NCBI GenBank assembly: GCA_963767165.1 | Contig: CAVYCV010000005.1 | Span: 111,178-175,177 of the forward strand | DNA from: an uncultured Chloroflexia bacterium | Lineage (GTDB): Bacteria; Chloroflexota; Limnocylindria; Limnocylindrales; CSP1-4 | DNA length: 64,000 nucleotides | Direction: 5' to 3' | In this document: positions 19,588 through 28,550 of the stretch, piece by piece | Layout: each line of letters opens with the position of its first letter | Position numbering within the stretch: the stretch's first letter is position 1 | The notes under the pieces: generated by a model | Seen by the model: only the letters and a program-made list of their open reading frames with translations | The model's database searches: none | What the model was told of the DNA's origin: nothing | Made by a program: the position numbers and the translations under genes

Positions 19588-20418
19588 CTAGGAGGCGGCG
19601 GGCTTGCGGGGCCCGGGGCGTCGTCGGTCCGCGGCGGGGCGGCGGCTGCTGCCGCCGCCGCCGGCGAGGCCGCGGATCTCGGGCGCCTTGAGCGGGCGCA
19701 CGGATCCGCTCCGCAGGCCGTCGATGCGGACGGGCCCGATCCGGACGCGGACCAGGCGCTCGATCGGCGCGCCGACCGCGCCGAACATCCGCCGGAGCTG
19801 GCGCTTCCAGCCCTGCGCGAGCGTCGCCCGATACCACTGAAGGGGCGGCGGAGTGGGGTGCATGAGCGCGACGAGCTTGTCGGTCTCGAAGGTGCTCATC
19901 GCGCGCAGCCCGGTCAGCTCGGCGAGGCCCTCATCGAGCGGGATCCCGGCGTTCAGCGCCTCGACCTGGCGGGCGTCGAGCCGCTGCCGCAGCCCGAGCG
20001 CGTACTCGCGTTCGACCCCGAAGCGCGGATGGAGCACCCGCTCCGACCAGTCGCCGTCGTTGGTGAGCAGGAGCATCCCCTCCGAATCCTGGTCGAGGCG
20101 GCCGACCGGATAGAGGCGGGCACCCTCGGGCACGAGCGCGGTCGGCAGCAGCTCGAGCACCGTCCTGTGCGCATGACGGTCCTGGGTGGTCGACGTGACG
20201 CCCGCCGGCTTGTGGAGGAGCAGGTACGCCTGCGTGGACGCGCCACCGATGACGCGGCCGTCGACCGCCACGACCGCGCGCTCCGGGTCCACCTGGGCCC
20301 CGAGCTTGGCGACCTTGCCATCGACAGTGACGCGGCCCTCCGCGATGAGTGCCTCGCTCGCTCGTCGGGACGCGACCCCGGCGCCGGCGAGGACCTTCTG
20401 GAGCCGCTCCGCGGGCAT
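19588..20418 (-). CDS. rluB: Pseudouridine synthase (RsuA/RluB family) with S4 domain
   Basis: C-terminal 276 aa of ORF 19588..22518: MPAERLQKVLAGAGVASRRASEALI...VGRLDQDSEGMLLLTNDG. ATGA overlap with the scpB stop. Confidence 0.85.
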   Translation of the reverse strand: MPAERLQKVLAGAGVASRRASEALIAEGRVTVDGKVAKLGAQVDPERAVVAVDGRVIGGASTQAYLLLHKPAGVTSTTQDRHAHRTVLELLPTALVPEGARLYPVGRLDQDSEGMLLLTNDGDWSERVLHPRFGVEREYALGLRQRLDARQVEALNAGIPLDEGLAELTGLRAMSTFETDKLVALMHPTPPPLQWYRATLAQGWKRQLRRMFGAVGAPIERLVRVRIGPVRIDGLRSGSVRPLKAPEIRGLAGGGGSSRRPAADRRRPGPRKPAAS

Positions 20419-21147
20419 CAGTCTGAGGTCGTGGCAGATGGAGTGCGGGCGTCGTCGGGTGGCGCGCCATCGGATCCGCCGGCCTCCTCGTCGAACTCCA
20501 GGCTCGCCTGGACGCTCTCGCCACCCTCCTCGGCCAGCCGAGCCGCGATGTCGACCTCGAGCGGTGGCAGGCCCTCGAGGCTGGTCATCCCGAACCGCTC
20601 GAGGAACTCGAACCCGGTGCCGTACAGGAAGGGCCGGCCGGGGGTGTCCGCCCGGCCCAGCTCGACGATCAGCCGCCGGTGCAGGAGCGAGCGCATCGTG
20701 TAGTCGGAGTCGACGCCGCGGATCCGCTCGACGGCGGACTTCGTGATCGGCTGGCGATACGCCACGATCGCGAGCGTCTCGAGCGACGCCGGGGAAAGGC
20801 GGACCGCGTCCGCGCCGACGTAGCGTGCCACGAGGGCCCCGGCCTCGGCCGCGGTCGCGAGCTCGACGCGGTCGCCGTCGAGCAGCAGCCGGATGCCGCG
20901 CCCCTGCAACGACACCTCGAGGTCGCCGAGACGGGCGTCCACGGTTTCGCGGTCCGTGCCGGCCAGCGCCGCGATCTCGCGCCGCGAGAGCGGGCGTTCG
21001 GCGACGAACAGGAGGGCCTCGAGCGCGGCCTCGGTCAGCTCGATCGGCGGGCGGTCTTCGGGCGAGACCTCGTCCGCCGACTCGTCGAGCTCGTCCAGCC
21101 GTCGCGACGACCGCGTCGTCGGCGGCCCGCGTCAGCTCCTCCGTCAC
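20418..21147 (-). CDS. scpB: Segregation and condensation protein B, apparent frameshift near the 5' end
   Basis: ALEALLFVAERPLSRREIAALAG...LETLAIVAYRQPITKSAVERIRGV...GRPFLYGTGFEFLERFG. This conserved frame has no ATG/GTG/TTG back to its stop. A GTG at 21147 (GTGA overlap with the scpA stop) is in the +1 frame. Slip at about 21095-21102. Length 730 = 3n+1. Confidence 0.8.
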
Positions 21148-22022
21148 GCGAACGACTCCAGGGATTCGTCGAGCGGCGCGGCCTCGGCCTCGGCGTCCAG
21201 GCCGGCCGCGGCCCGTTCCTCGGGCGTGGTGGCGCGCGCGACGATCGGCCCCCACGGCGTGGCCTGCGACACGACGATCTCGCGCCGCTTCATGAGCTCG
21301 AGCATCGCAAGGAACGTGACGGTGATGACGACGCGATCGCGGACACCGACGAGCAGCTCCTGCAGCACGAACGACGGCGCGTCGCGCAGGGCCGCGCGGA
21401 TGATCTCGGCCCGCTCGGTGAGGGTGATCATCCGGGCGAGGACCTCGGGCGGCGGCTCGGGCGGCGGGGCGATCGCGGCGAGCCGGTCCAGCGCCCGGAC
21501 CAGGTGGACCGGGTCCAGCGGCGGCGCGTCGAGCGGCCGCGCGCCGGCCAGCGCCGTGGCATGCGCCGCCCCGGGCTCCCGTCGGAAGAGCCCGATCCGG
21601 ACGAGAGCCGTCTCGGCCAGCCGCAGCCCGGCGTCGCGGTGGGCTCGGTACAGGATGAGGCGGCGACGCAGCTCGGCCTCGGGGTCGGGGGCGTCGTCCG
21701 CACCGAGTGACGGGTCGAGCGCGGGCGGCCGGGGCAGCATCGCGCGGCTCTTGATGAGGATCAGCTGGCCGGCCACCGCCACGAACGCGCTGACGTTGCC
21801 GATCCGATCGGATTCCAGGGTCGCGAGGGCATCGAGATAGGCGTCCGCGAGCGCGCCCAGGGGCACGGTCAGGACGTCGAGCTTGCGGGCCTCGATGAGC
21901 GAGAGCAGCAGCCCCAGCGGGCCCTCGAACTCGACCATCCGGACCTGGGTGGCCGACTCCGGCCGGCGGCCCTCGCCGAACCGGACGGCCGGCCCGAGCG
22001 CGATGACCGGCACGCCCGTCAT
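21144..22022 (-). CDS. scpA: Segregation and condensation protein A
   Basis: Intact 292-aa ORF: FEGPLGLLLSLIEARKLDVLTVPLGALADAYL...VAVAGQLILIKSRAMLP...TFLAMLELMKRREI. Confidence 0.85.
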   Translation of the reverse strand: MTGVPVIALGPAVRFGEGRRPESATQVRMVEFEGPLGLLLSLIEARKLDVLTVPLGALADAYLDALATLESDRIGNVSAFVAVAGQLILIKSRAMLPRPPALDPSLGADDAPDPEAELRRRLILYRAHRDAGLRLAETALVRIGLFRREPGAAHATALAGARPLDAPPLDPVHLVRALDRLAAIAPPPEPPPEVLARMITLTERAEIIRAALRDAPSFVLQELLVGVRDRVVITVTFLAMLELMKRREIVVSQATPWGPIVARATTPEERAAAGLDAEAEAAPLDESLESFA

Positions 22023-22518
22023 CAGTTCGCTTCGTCCGCGAGCCGCAGCAGCTCCCCGAACTCGGGGTCACGCGGCGCGTCCTGATAGCGGATGAGCTCC
22101 ACGGTCCGTGCGCTGCAGCCGGCCTCCGCGGCGAGGCGCGGCCGAGACCTCCGGCGTGGGTCCGAAGGCGCTCGAGGGCAGGGCTGAACCCAGGCAGCAC
22201 GCCCGCGACTCGCCACGACCCACGCGCCGTATGCCTCGCCGAGCGACCATGCCACGCGCGGCCAGACGCCCGTTTGGCCCTTGCCGGCGTCGTGCAGCAG
22301 CCCGGCCGAGCAGGGCGTCCGGCTCGGTCACCCCGTCCGCGCGAAGTGATGCCGACGACATCGAGGCCATGCCGCCGGTCGGCCACGTGCATCGAATCGA
22401 AGAGCGCCAGCTGCGGCGCCGTCGTCCAGGTCGCCAGCGCCGCTCGCTCCTCGGGCGACACGCGGGCCCGCAGGTGCGTCCGGAACTGGCGGACCTTAGA
22501 TGCCCACCAAGAAGCCAT
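22022..22518 (-). pseudogene. HD-domain phosphohydrolase-like protein, five successive +1 slips
   Basis: Hand translation cycles through frames 1-2-3-1-2-3. Segments in order: MASWWASKVRQFRTHLRARVSPEERAALATWTTAPQLALFDSMHVADRRHGLDVV; SLRADGVTEPDALL; AGLLHDAGKGQTGVWPRVAWSLGEAYGAWVVASR; GVLPGFSPALERLRTHA; EVSAA; LAAEAGCSARTVELIRYQDAPRDPEFGELLRLADEAN. Length 497 = 3n+5. Confidence 0.6.
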
Positions 22519-23155
22519 AGATCCCGGAGATGATGGGGACGAGGATCCGTCCGCCGATCGAGTTGCCCGGCGGGAAGAAGAAGAGCGCGATCACGATCAG
22601 GAAGCCGTACTGCTCGAGGACCGGCCGGATGCGGTACTCGGTCTGGCGGTCGAGCGCCGCGAACAGCACCTTGGAACCGTCGAGGGGCGGGATCGGGATG
22701 AAGTTGAAGATCATCAGGATGATGTTGATCCGCACGAAGCTGTCGACCACCAGGAGCAGCATCTCGGGCACCGTTTGGATCAGGTCGGCGGCGATGATGA
22801 ACCGCAACACGAGCGCGCCGATGGTCGCGAGGAGCAGGTTCGAGAGCGGACCCGCGGCGGCGACCATCGCCTCGCCCCGTCGGCCGCCCGCGAGGTTCAT
22901 CGGGTTGACCGGCGTCGGTTTCGCCCAGCCGAACGCGAAGGTGCCCTGCGAGACGAGGAACGAGGCCGCCAGCAGGACGCCGCCGATGGGATCGAAGTGC
23001 GCGATCGGGTTGAGCGTCAGCCGCCCGAACATCTTGGCCGTGCCGTCACCGAGTCGGTATGCGGCCCACGCGTGGGCGAACTCGTGGACGGGGAATCCCA
23101 CGAGCAGCATGATCGCGATGACGATGACGATCGAGACGAGCTGTTCCTGGGACAA
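22496..23155 (-). CDS. Site-2 protease family (M50) membrane metalloprotease, short form
   Basis: Intact 219-aa ORF with VHEFAHAWAAY (HExxH) and IFNFIPIPPLDGSKV. Confidence 0.8.
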   Translation of the reverse strand: MSQEQLVSIVIVIAIMLLVGFPVHEFAHAWAAYRLGDGTAKMFGRLTLNPIAHFDPIGGVLLAASFLVSQGTFAFGWAKPTPVNPMNLAGGRRGEAMVAAAGPLSNLLLATIGALVLRFIIAADLIQTVPEMLLLVVDSFVRINIILMIFNFIPIPPLDGSKVLFAALDRQTEYRIRPVLEQYGFLIVIALFFFPPGNSIGGRILVPIISGIYGFLVGI

Positions 23156-23217
23156 GCGGCACCTCTAGACGGGGGTCCCGCGTATGGTAGCCGGGCGGAA
23201 GCCACGGGGCGGACGGT

Positions 23218-24003
23218 CTACAGGCGACCGAGCAGGTCCGCCTTCTTGGCCTCGTACTCCTCGGGGCTGATCGCGCCGCGATCGCGCAGGTCCGCCAGGT
23301 TGGCCAGGGTCCGGGTGAGCTCGTCGGGGCTCAGTTCGCGCGGCTCGGGCGCGACCGGTGCCGCGGGCGCGGCCGGGGCCGGCGAAGGCGCCGGTGCGAG
23401 CGGTGTCGTCGTCGTCGGGCTGTCGGGCATCGGCGCCGATCCCTCGCCCGGTGCCCGCGCGGGGGCGCTCGGCGGCCAGCTCTGGCGCTCCATGTCGACC
23501 TCGAACTCGTGCTTGGCGTCGAGCATCGCCTTCTTGAACCCGATCGGGTCCTTGATCATCCGGAACTTCTCGATCCCGACCTCGGCCGCGGTCATCACGT
23601 CGAGATCGCCGAAGCCGAAGATCCGGCCGAAGAACGACTGCTCGAGACGCGCGTCGTTGATCTTCTCGAGCGAGCTGTCGGTCGACTGCTTGTTCAGCAC
23701 GCCGCTGACCTGGAGGACCCGCCGGTTCGTGATCACGTATTCCTGGTTCACGTAATGCAGGGCGGTCCAGAGCAGGATCGCGAGCCCGACGACGAAGATG
23801 ATCACGACCACCCAGCTGAGGATGACGCGGATGCTCCCGGACAGGCCCTCCTGGGTCAGGCCGACGCTGATGAACGCCAGGATCGCGGCCAGGATCAGGG
23901 CAAGGATCGTGAAGCGCGCGCCCCACACGAACACGAACCAGTGCTGCTTCTCGCGATGGGTGATCCGCTCACCGGTCGACAGCAGGGAATCGGCGAAGCC
24001 CAT
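23218..24003 (-). CDS. Membrane bPH_2 (YdbT-like PH) domain protein with C-terminal SHOCT
   Basis: ORF 23218..24246 trimmed to MGFADSLLSTGERITHREKQHW. Two TM segments, YVITNRRVLQVSGVLNKQSTDSSLEKINDARLEQSFFGRIFGFGDLDV, a Pro/Ala linker, and AISPEEYEAKKADLLGRL. Confidence 0.7.
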   Translation of the reverse strand: MGFADSLLSTGERITHREKQHWFVFVWGARFTILALILAAILAFISVGLTQEGLSGSIRVILSWVVVIIFVVGLAILLWTALHYVNQEYVITNRRVLQVSGVLNKQSTDSSLEKINDARLEQSFFGRIFGFGDLDVMTAAEVGIEKFRMIKDPIGFKKAMLDAKHEFEVDMERQSWPPSAPARAPGEGSAPMPDSPTTTTPLAPAPSPAPAAPAAPVAPEPRELSPDELTRTLANLADLRDRGAISPEEYEAKKADLLGRL

Positions 24004-24020
24004 CTGGCGTGTCCCTCCCT

Positions 24021-24968
24021 CTAGGCCCTCGGGTGGGCGCGAGTGTAGACGTCCCGGATCCGCTCTCCGGTCAGATGCGTGTACAGCTGGGTCGTGGAGA
24101 TACTCGCATGTCCGAGCAACTCCTGGACGATGCGCAGGTCGGCGCCGCCCTCGAGCAGATGGGTCGCGAACGAGTGACGCAGAGTGTGCGGCGACACGCG
24201 ATCCGCGAGGCCTGCCGAGCGCGCAGCCGACTTGACCGCGCTCCATGCCTGCTGGCGCGCCAGGCGGCCGCCGCGCTGCCCAAGGAAGACGGGTCCGCCG
24301 CGGGACGGCTGGACGTGCCCGAGCGCCAGCAGACGCGGCCGCGGCCCGTCGTACCAGCGCGCCAGCCAGTCGAGGGCGACGTCCCCGACCGGCACGAGCC
24401 GCTCCTTGTCGCCCTTGCCGATGACCCGCACGTAGCCGCCCTCGATCGAGAGGTCCTCGGTGTCGAGCCGCAGCGCCTCGCTGATCCGCAAGCCGGCCGC
24501 ATACAGCAGCTCGAGCAGCGCCCGGTCGCGCAGGCGGCCGTCGTGGTCGGGCTCATCGGGATCGTCGCCGCCGGCCGCCTCGAGCAGCCGCTCGGTCTCC
24601 TCGACCGTGAGGGTCTCGGGCAGCAGCCGGGACTGGCGAGGCAGGTCCAGGTGGGCCGCGATGTCGGTCCCGATCAGTCCCTCGCCATACGCGAACCGAT
24701 AGAAGCCCTTCAGCGCCGCCGCACGACGACGAAGGCTGGTCGGGGCGAGGCCGGGGTCGCTCGGTCGCCCGCGGCGCGTCCGGGCCGCCAGATACCCGAC
24801 GACCGCGTCCGGCGAGCGGGCCCAGGCGGCCGTCGTCCCGCGACTCGCGGCGAAGTCGGAGAGGTCGCCCCGGTAGGCCCGGATCGTGGCCGGCGCCAGG
24901 CCCCGCTCGACCGCGAGGTAGGCGAGGTAATCGTCGATCGCCGTATCGAGCGTGGATCTGGCTCCCAT
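24021..24968 (-). CDS. xerD: Tyrosine recombinase XerC/XerD
   Basis: ORF 24021..25292 trimmed to MGARSTLDTAIDDYLAYLAVERGLAPATIRAYRGDL. Also LLYAAGLRISEAL, HTLRHSFATHLL and LLGHASISTTQLYTHL. Confidence 0.85.
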   Translation of the reverse strand: MGARSTLDTAIDDYLAYLAVERGLAPATIRAYRGDLSDFAASRGTTAAWARSPDAVVGYLAARTRRGRPSDPGLAPTSLRRRAAALKGFYRFAYGEGLIGTDIAAHLDLPRQSRLLPETLTVEETERLLEAAGGDDPDEPDHDGRLRDRALLELLYAAGLRISEALRLDTEDLSIEGGYVRVIGKGDKERLVPVGDVALDWLARWYDGPRPRLLALGHVQPSRGGPVFLGQRGGRLARQQAWSAVKSAARSAGLADRVSPHTLRHSFATHLLEGGADLRIVQELLGHASISTTQLYTHLTGERIRDVYTRAHPRA

Positions 24969-24997
24969 CGCGTTCGGCGGTCGGTCGGTCGACGGCG

Positions 24998-26722
24998 TCA
25001 GCCGGCCGTCGCGACCTCTCCGCGCCAGGCCTCGGCACGGTCGAGCAGCTCGCGGGCCGCGGCAAGGCCCGCTGCACCGGCCGGCCCGGGCGCTCCGTCC
25101 TGGCCGGTCGTGGTACTCCCCAGCATCTGGGCGAGCTCCACGATCCGGCCCTCGCGATCGAGCCGCTCGACCTCGGTGACCGTCCGGCCGTCGCGTTCGC
25201 GCTTCGTGATCCGGAACTGGGCATCGGCGTGGGCGGCGATCTGCGGCAGGTGCGTCACGCACAGGACCTCGTGCCGACGCGCCAACGTCCACAGGCTCCG
25301 CCCGACCGGGTCCGCGCTTCGGCCGCCGATGCCCGAATCGACCTCGTCGAAGACGAGCGTCGGCGTCTGGTCGGCCTCGGCGAGGACCGACTTGATCGCC
25401 AGCGCGACACGCGAGAGCTCGCCGCCGGACGCGATCCTGGCCAATGGTCGCGGCGGTTCGCCCGCGTTGGGGGCGAGGCGATACACGACCTCGTCGACGC
25501 CGGAGGCATCGAAGGCGACGGCGTCGCCATCGAGCTCGACCGCGGGCTCATCCGGGCCGGCGATCCGGCGGCCGAGCGCGACCTCGAACACGCCCTCCGG
25601 GAAGCCGAGCTCGCCGAGCGCGGACCCGACCGCGTCGGCCATCGCGAGTGCGGCCGTCCGGCGCGCCTCCGAGAGTCGTTCCGCGGCCACCTGGACCTCG
25701 CCGAGCAAGCGGGCGTCGTCGGCGTCGCGCCGGGCCCGTTCGCCGTCGAGTCCGTGCAGTCGCTCTGCCTCGGCGGCCGCTCGCTCGCCATGTGCGATGA
25801 CCGCGGCCTCGCCATCACCGTACCGGCGCTCGAGGCCGTAGATGGTCCCAAGGCGCTCCTCGAGGGCGGCCAGCGCGGCCGGATCGTGCTCGACGGTCTC
25901 GGCGAGCGATCGGGACTCGGCGGCCACGTCGGTCAGCTCCGCCTCCAGGCCGGCGAGCCGCTCCGCCAGTGGCTCGTAGCGGGGGTCGACGCGGGCGACG
26001 AGCCGCGCCTCGTGCAGCGCGAGGGCGACGCCATCCCGCGCGCCGCCGCCCTCTGCGGTGAGCGCCTCGTGGACGGCCGCGGATCCACGGGCGATCGCCT
26101 CCCCGTGCTGTGCCGCCGCGAGCCGGGCCCGGATCTCGTCGGCCTCGCCCGGTCGAAGCCGCGCGGCCGCGATCTCGCCGGCCTCGTACTCCAGCAGCTC
26201 CAGGCGCCTGGCGAGTTCGCGGGGATCGCCGATCAGCTCGGCCAGGGCGGCCCGGTTGGCGCGCCACGCTTCGACCGCCTCGGCCATCGCGGATCGCTGG
26301 TCCTCGTGCCCCCCGAACCCGTCGAGCAGGTCGCGCTGCCAGCGCTCGTCGAGCAGCCGCTGCTGGTCGTGCTGCCCGTGGATCTCGACGAGCGGCCCGA
26401 CCTCCTCGGCAAGGCGGGCGGCGGTCACCGTCTCGTCGTCGACACGCGCTGTCGAGCGACCCCCGGCCGCGACCTCCCGCGCCGCGATGAGCGGCTCCGG
26501 CAGGCGATCGAAGAGGGCCTCCACGCGCGCCGTGTCGGCGCCGTGGCGCACGAGCGAGGTGTCCGCCCGCGCGCCGAGCGCGAGGCCCAGCGCGTCGATG
26601 ATCAGGCTCTTGCCGGCACCGGTCTCGCCGGTGATGACGTTGAACCCCGGCTCCAGCGTGAGCCGCAGGCGCTCGATGAGGGCCAGGTCGGTGACAGCGA
26701 GCTCGAGCAGGCGCCCGGTCAC
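24998..26722 (-). CDS. recN: DNA repair protein RecN
   Basis: Intact 574-aa ORF with FNVITGETGAGKSLIIDAL, a long coiled-coil region, and SGGELSRVALAIK...LVFDEVDSGIGG. Confidence 0.9.
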   Translation of the reverse strand: MTGRLLELAVTDLALIERLRLTLEPGFNVITGETGAGKSLIIDALGLALGARADTSLVRHGADTARVEALFDRLPEPLIAAREVAAGGRSTARVDDETVTAARLAEEVGPLVEIHGQHDQQRLLDERWQRDLLDGFGGHEDQRSAMAEAVEAWRANRAALAELIGDPRELARRLELLEYEAGEIAAARLRPGEADEIRARLAAAQHGEAIARGSAAVHEALTAEGGGARDGVALALHEARLVARVDPRYEPLAERLAGLEAELTDVAAESRSLAETVEHDPAALAALEERLGTIYGLERRYGDGEAAVIAHGERAAAEAERLHGLDGERARRDADDARLLGEVQVAAERLSEARRTAALAMADAVGSALGELGFPEGVFEVALGRRIAGPDEPAVELDGDAVAFDASGVDEVVYRLAPNAGEPPRPLARIASGGELSRVALAIKSVLAEADQTPTLVFDEVDSGIGGRSADPVGRSLWTLARRHEVLCVTHLPQIAAHADAQFRITKRERDGRTVTEVERLDREGRIVELAQMLGSTTTGQDGAPGPAGAAGLAAARELLDRAEAWRGEVATAG

Positions 26723-27564
26723 GACGGCAGCAGGGCGACCTTGTGGCGCAGCAGGTCCCAGAAGGGCTGCGCGCCCGTCGGTTCGATGAGGCGGATGGGC
26801 CGTTCGACCGCGCGGACCTCGACGAGATCGCCGACCTGGATGTGGAAGTCCTCACGACCATCGATCGAGACGAGCGCCTCGTGCGCGCCGACGACCCGGC
26901 AGCGGACGACCTGTCGCGGGCTCACGACCACCGAGCGGATCGCTGAGAGGTACGCGGCGATCGGGGTGACGATGATGTTCCGGCTGACCGGATCCACGAT
27001 CGGGCCGCCAGCCGAGAACGAGTACCCGGTGGACCCCGTCGGCGAGGCGACGATCAGGCCGTCGGCGATGAACGTGGCGAGGTGGGAATCGTCGATCGCG
27101 ACATCGAAGCGGCAGACCCGCGCCAGTGAGCCGCGGGCGACGACGAAATCGTTGAGGGCGACGTGGCGGGCGTCGTCGATCGGCCGCCCGTCGCGCAGGA
27201 TCACGCCCTCGAGGGCCATTCGTTCGCCGATCTGGTACTCGCCGGCGTGGATCCGGGCGAGCACGGCATCGAGGTCACTCGCCTCCGCCTTCGAGAGGAA
27301 CCCGACCTTGCCGAGGTTGATGCCGAGGATCGGCACATCGACCTCCGCGACCGCCCGGACCGCCCGCAGGAACGTGCCGTCGCCGCCCAGGACGACGAGG
27401 GCGTCGGTGGTCGGCAGCTCACGCAGCAGGACCGCCATGTCGTCCGACGGGGCCTGCCACTGGTCGATGTGGCGCATCTGGCACCAGCCGGCGGCCCGGG
27501 CACTCAGCTCGACAGCGGCCTCGATGGTCGGGTTGTAGGCGAAGCCGATCCGCTCGACGGTCAT
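26719..27564 (-). CDS. nadK: NAD kinase
   Basis: C-terminal 281 aa of ORF 26719..28386: VVLGGDGTFLRA...GINLGKVGFL...ADGLIVASPTGSTGYSFSAGGP. ATGA overlap with the tlyA stop; GTGA overlap with the recN start. Confidence 0.9.
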   Translation of the reverse strand: MTVERIGFAYNPTIEAAVELSARAAGWCQMRHIDQWQAPSDDMAVLLRELPTTDALVVLGGDGTFLRAVRAVAEVDVPILGINLGKVGFLSKAEASDLDAVLARIHAGEYQIGERMALEGVILRDGRPIDDARHVALNDFVVARGSLARVCRFDVAIDDSHLATFIADGLIVASPTGSTGYSFSAGGPIVDPVSRNIIVTPIAAYLSAIRSVVVSPRQVVRCRVVGAHEALVSIDGREDFHIQVGDLVEVRAVERPIRLIEPTGAQPFWDLLRHKVALLPS

Positions 27565-28386
27565 GGCGCCGACACCGTCGCGACCCGCTCGCCGATCTCG
27601 GCGCAGCCCGGCCCGGGCGCCAGGTGGACCAGGAACTCGCGATTGCCCTCGGGCCCCAGGAGCGGCGAGGCGATGACGTCCCGGGTCCCGAGGCCGACGG
27701 CCTGGGCGCGCTCCACGATCCGTTCCAGCACCTCGCGATGGATCGGCCGGGTCGCGGACGACGCCGTGGTCCGTGCGGCCGCGGCCGGCCTCGAATTGCG
27801 GCTTGACGAGCGCGACGATGTGGCCGCCCGGGCCGAGGGTCGAGGCGACCGGGGCGAGGACCAGGTCCAATGAGATGAACGAGACGTCGATCGTGGCCAG
27901 CCCGATCGGCTCGGGCAGGGTCGTGGACGTGAGCGTGCGGGCGTTCGTGCGCTCCATCGACACGACGCGCGTGTCGCGTCGCAACGACTCGGCGAGCTGG
28001 CCGCGCCCGACGTCGAGCGCGTACACGCGCGACGCGCCGCGCTGCAGAAGCACATCGGTGAACCCGCCGGTCGAGGCGCCGACATCGAGGCAGACGAGAC
28101 CGGACGGGTCGATCCCGAAGGCGCCGAGGGCGGCCACGAGCTTGTGGCCACCTCGGCTGACGTACGGCTCGGGCGTCTCGACTTCGACGCTCGTCGACGC
28201 GTCGATCAGGTCGCCTGGCTTGCGATCGTGGCGGGCCGCGTCACCCTCCCCCACCCTGACCTTCCCGGCCAGCACGAGCGCCTGGGCGCGACTGCGCGAC
28301 TCGACCAGCCCGCGCTCCACGAGCAGCTGGTCGAGCCGGACGCGCGTGGTCTTCGTCTTCGCCGTGGCGCCGTCGGCTGGACTCAC
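27561..28386 (-). CDS. tlyA: TlyA family rRNA 2'-O-methyltransferase, frameshifted in this sequence
   Basis: RVRLDQLLVERGLVESRSRAQALV (S4 domain), YVSRGGHKLVAAL, DVGASTGGFTDVLLQRGA...KPQFEAGRGRTDHGVVRDPA. It then continues in another frame as IHREVLERIVERAQAVGLGTRDVIASPLLGPEGNREFLVHL (ORF 27561..28151). Slip at about 27745-27748. Length 826 = 3n+1. Confidence 0.85.
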
Positions 28387-28550
28387 CCGCCTATCGTGGC
28401 ACAGCCCGCTTCACCGGGACTCACTCGTCGGGGTCGGGGGCCTAAGTACCACAAAGTCACGTAGACATCACGGCTCCCACCCGAGACCCTCCGCATACGG
28501 GCCGTCGCTGATCTCCTTTGGCACGACACTCGACCGTTACAGGTGTCGCA

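Noticed and set aside
19588-22518. 976-aa ORF, the longest on this strand segment
   Set aside because: Only its last 276 aa (rluB) and first ~55 aa (HD-domain gene) are real coding sequence. The Arg/Pro/Gly-rich middle is an out-of-frame read-through across scpB and scpA, which are clearly coded in other frames.
24021-24968. Tyrosine recombinase as a marker of an integrated mobile element
   Set aside because: It has the XerC/XerD N-terminal and catalytic motifs and sits in the conserved recN-xerD housekeeping context. There are no flanking repeats, cargo genes or compositional break.
26719-28386. Apparent TlyA-NAD kinase fusion protein (555 aa)
   Set aside because: The TlyA C-terminus (IHREVLERIV...NREFLVHL) continues in another frame to a stop at 27561, which overlaps the nadK ATG. 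The fusion is created by one extra base at about 27745-27748.
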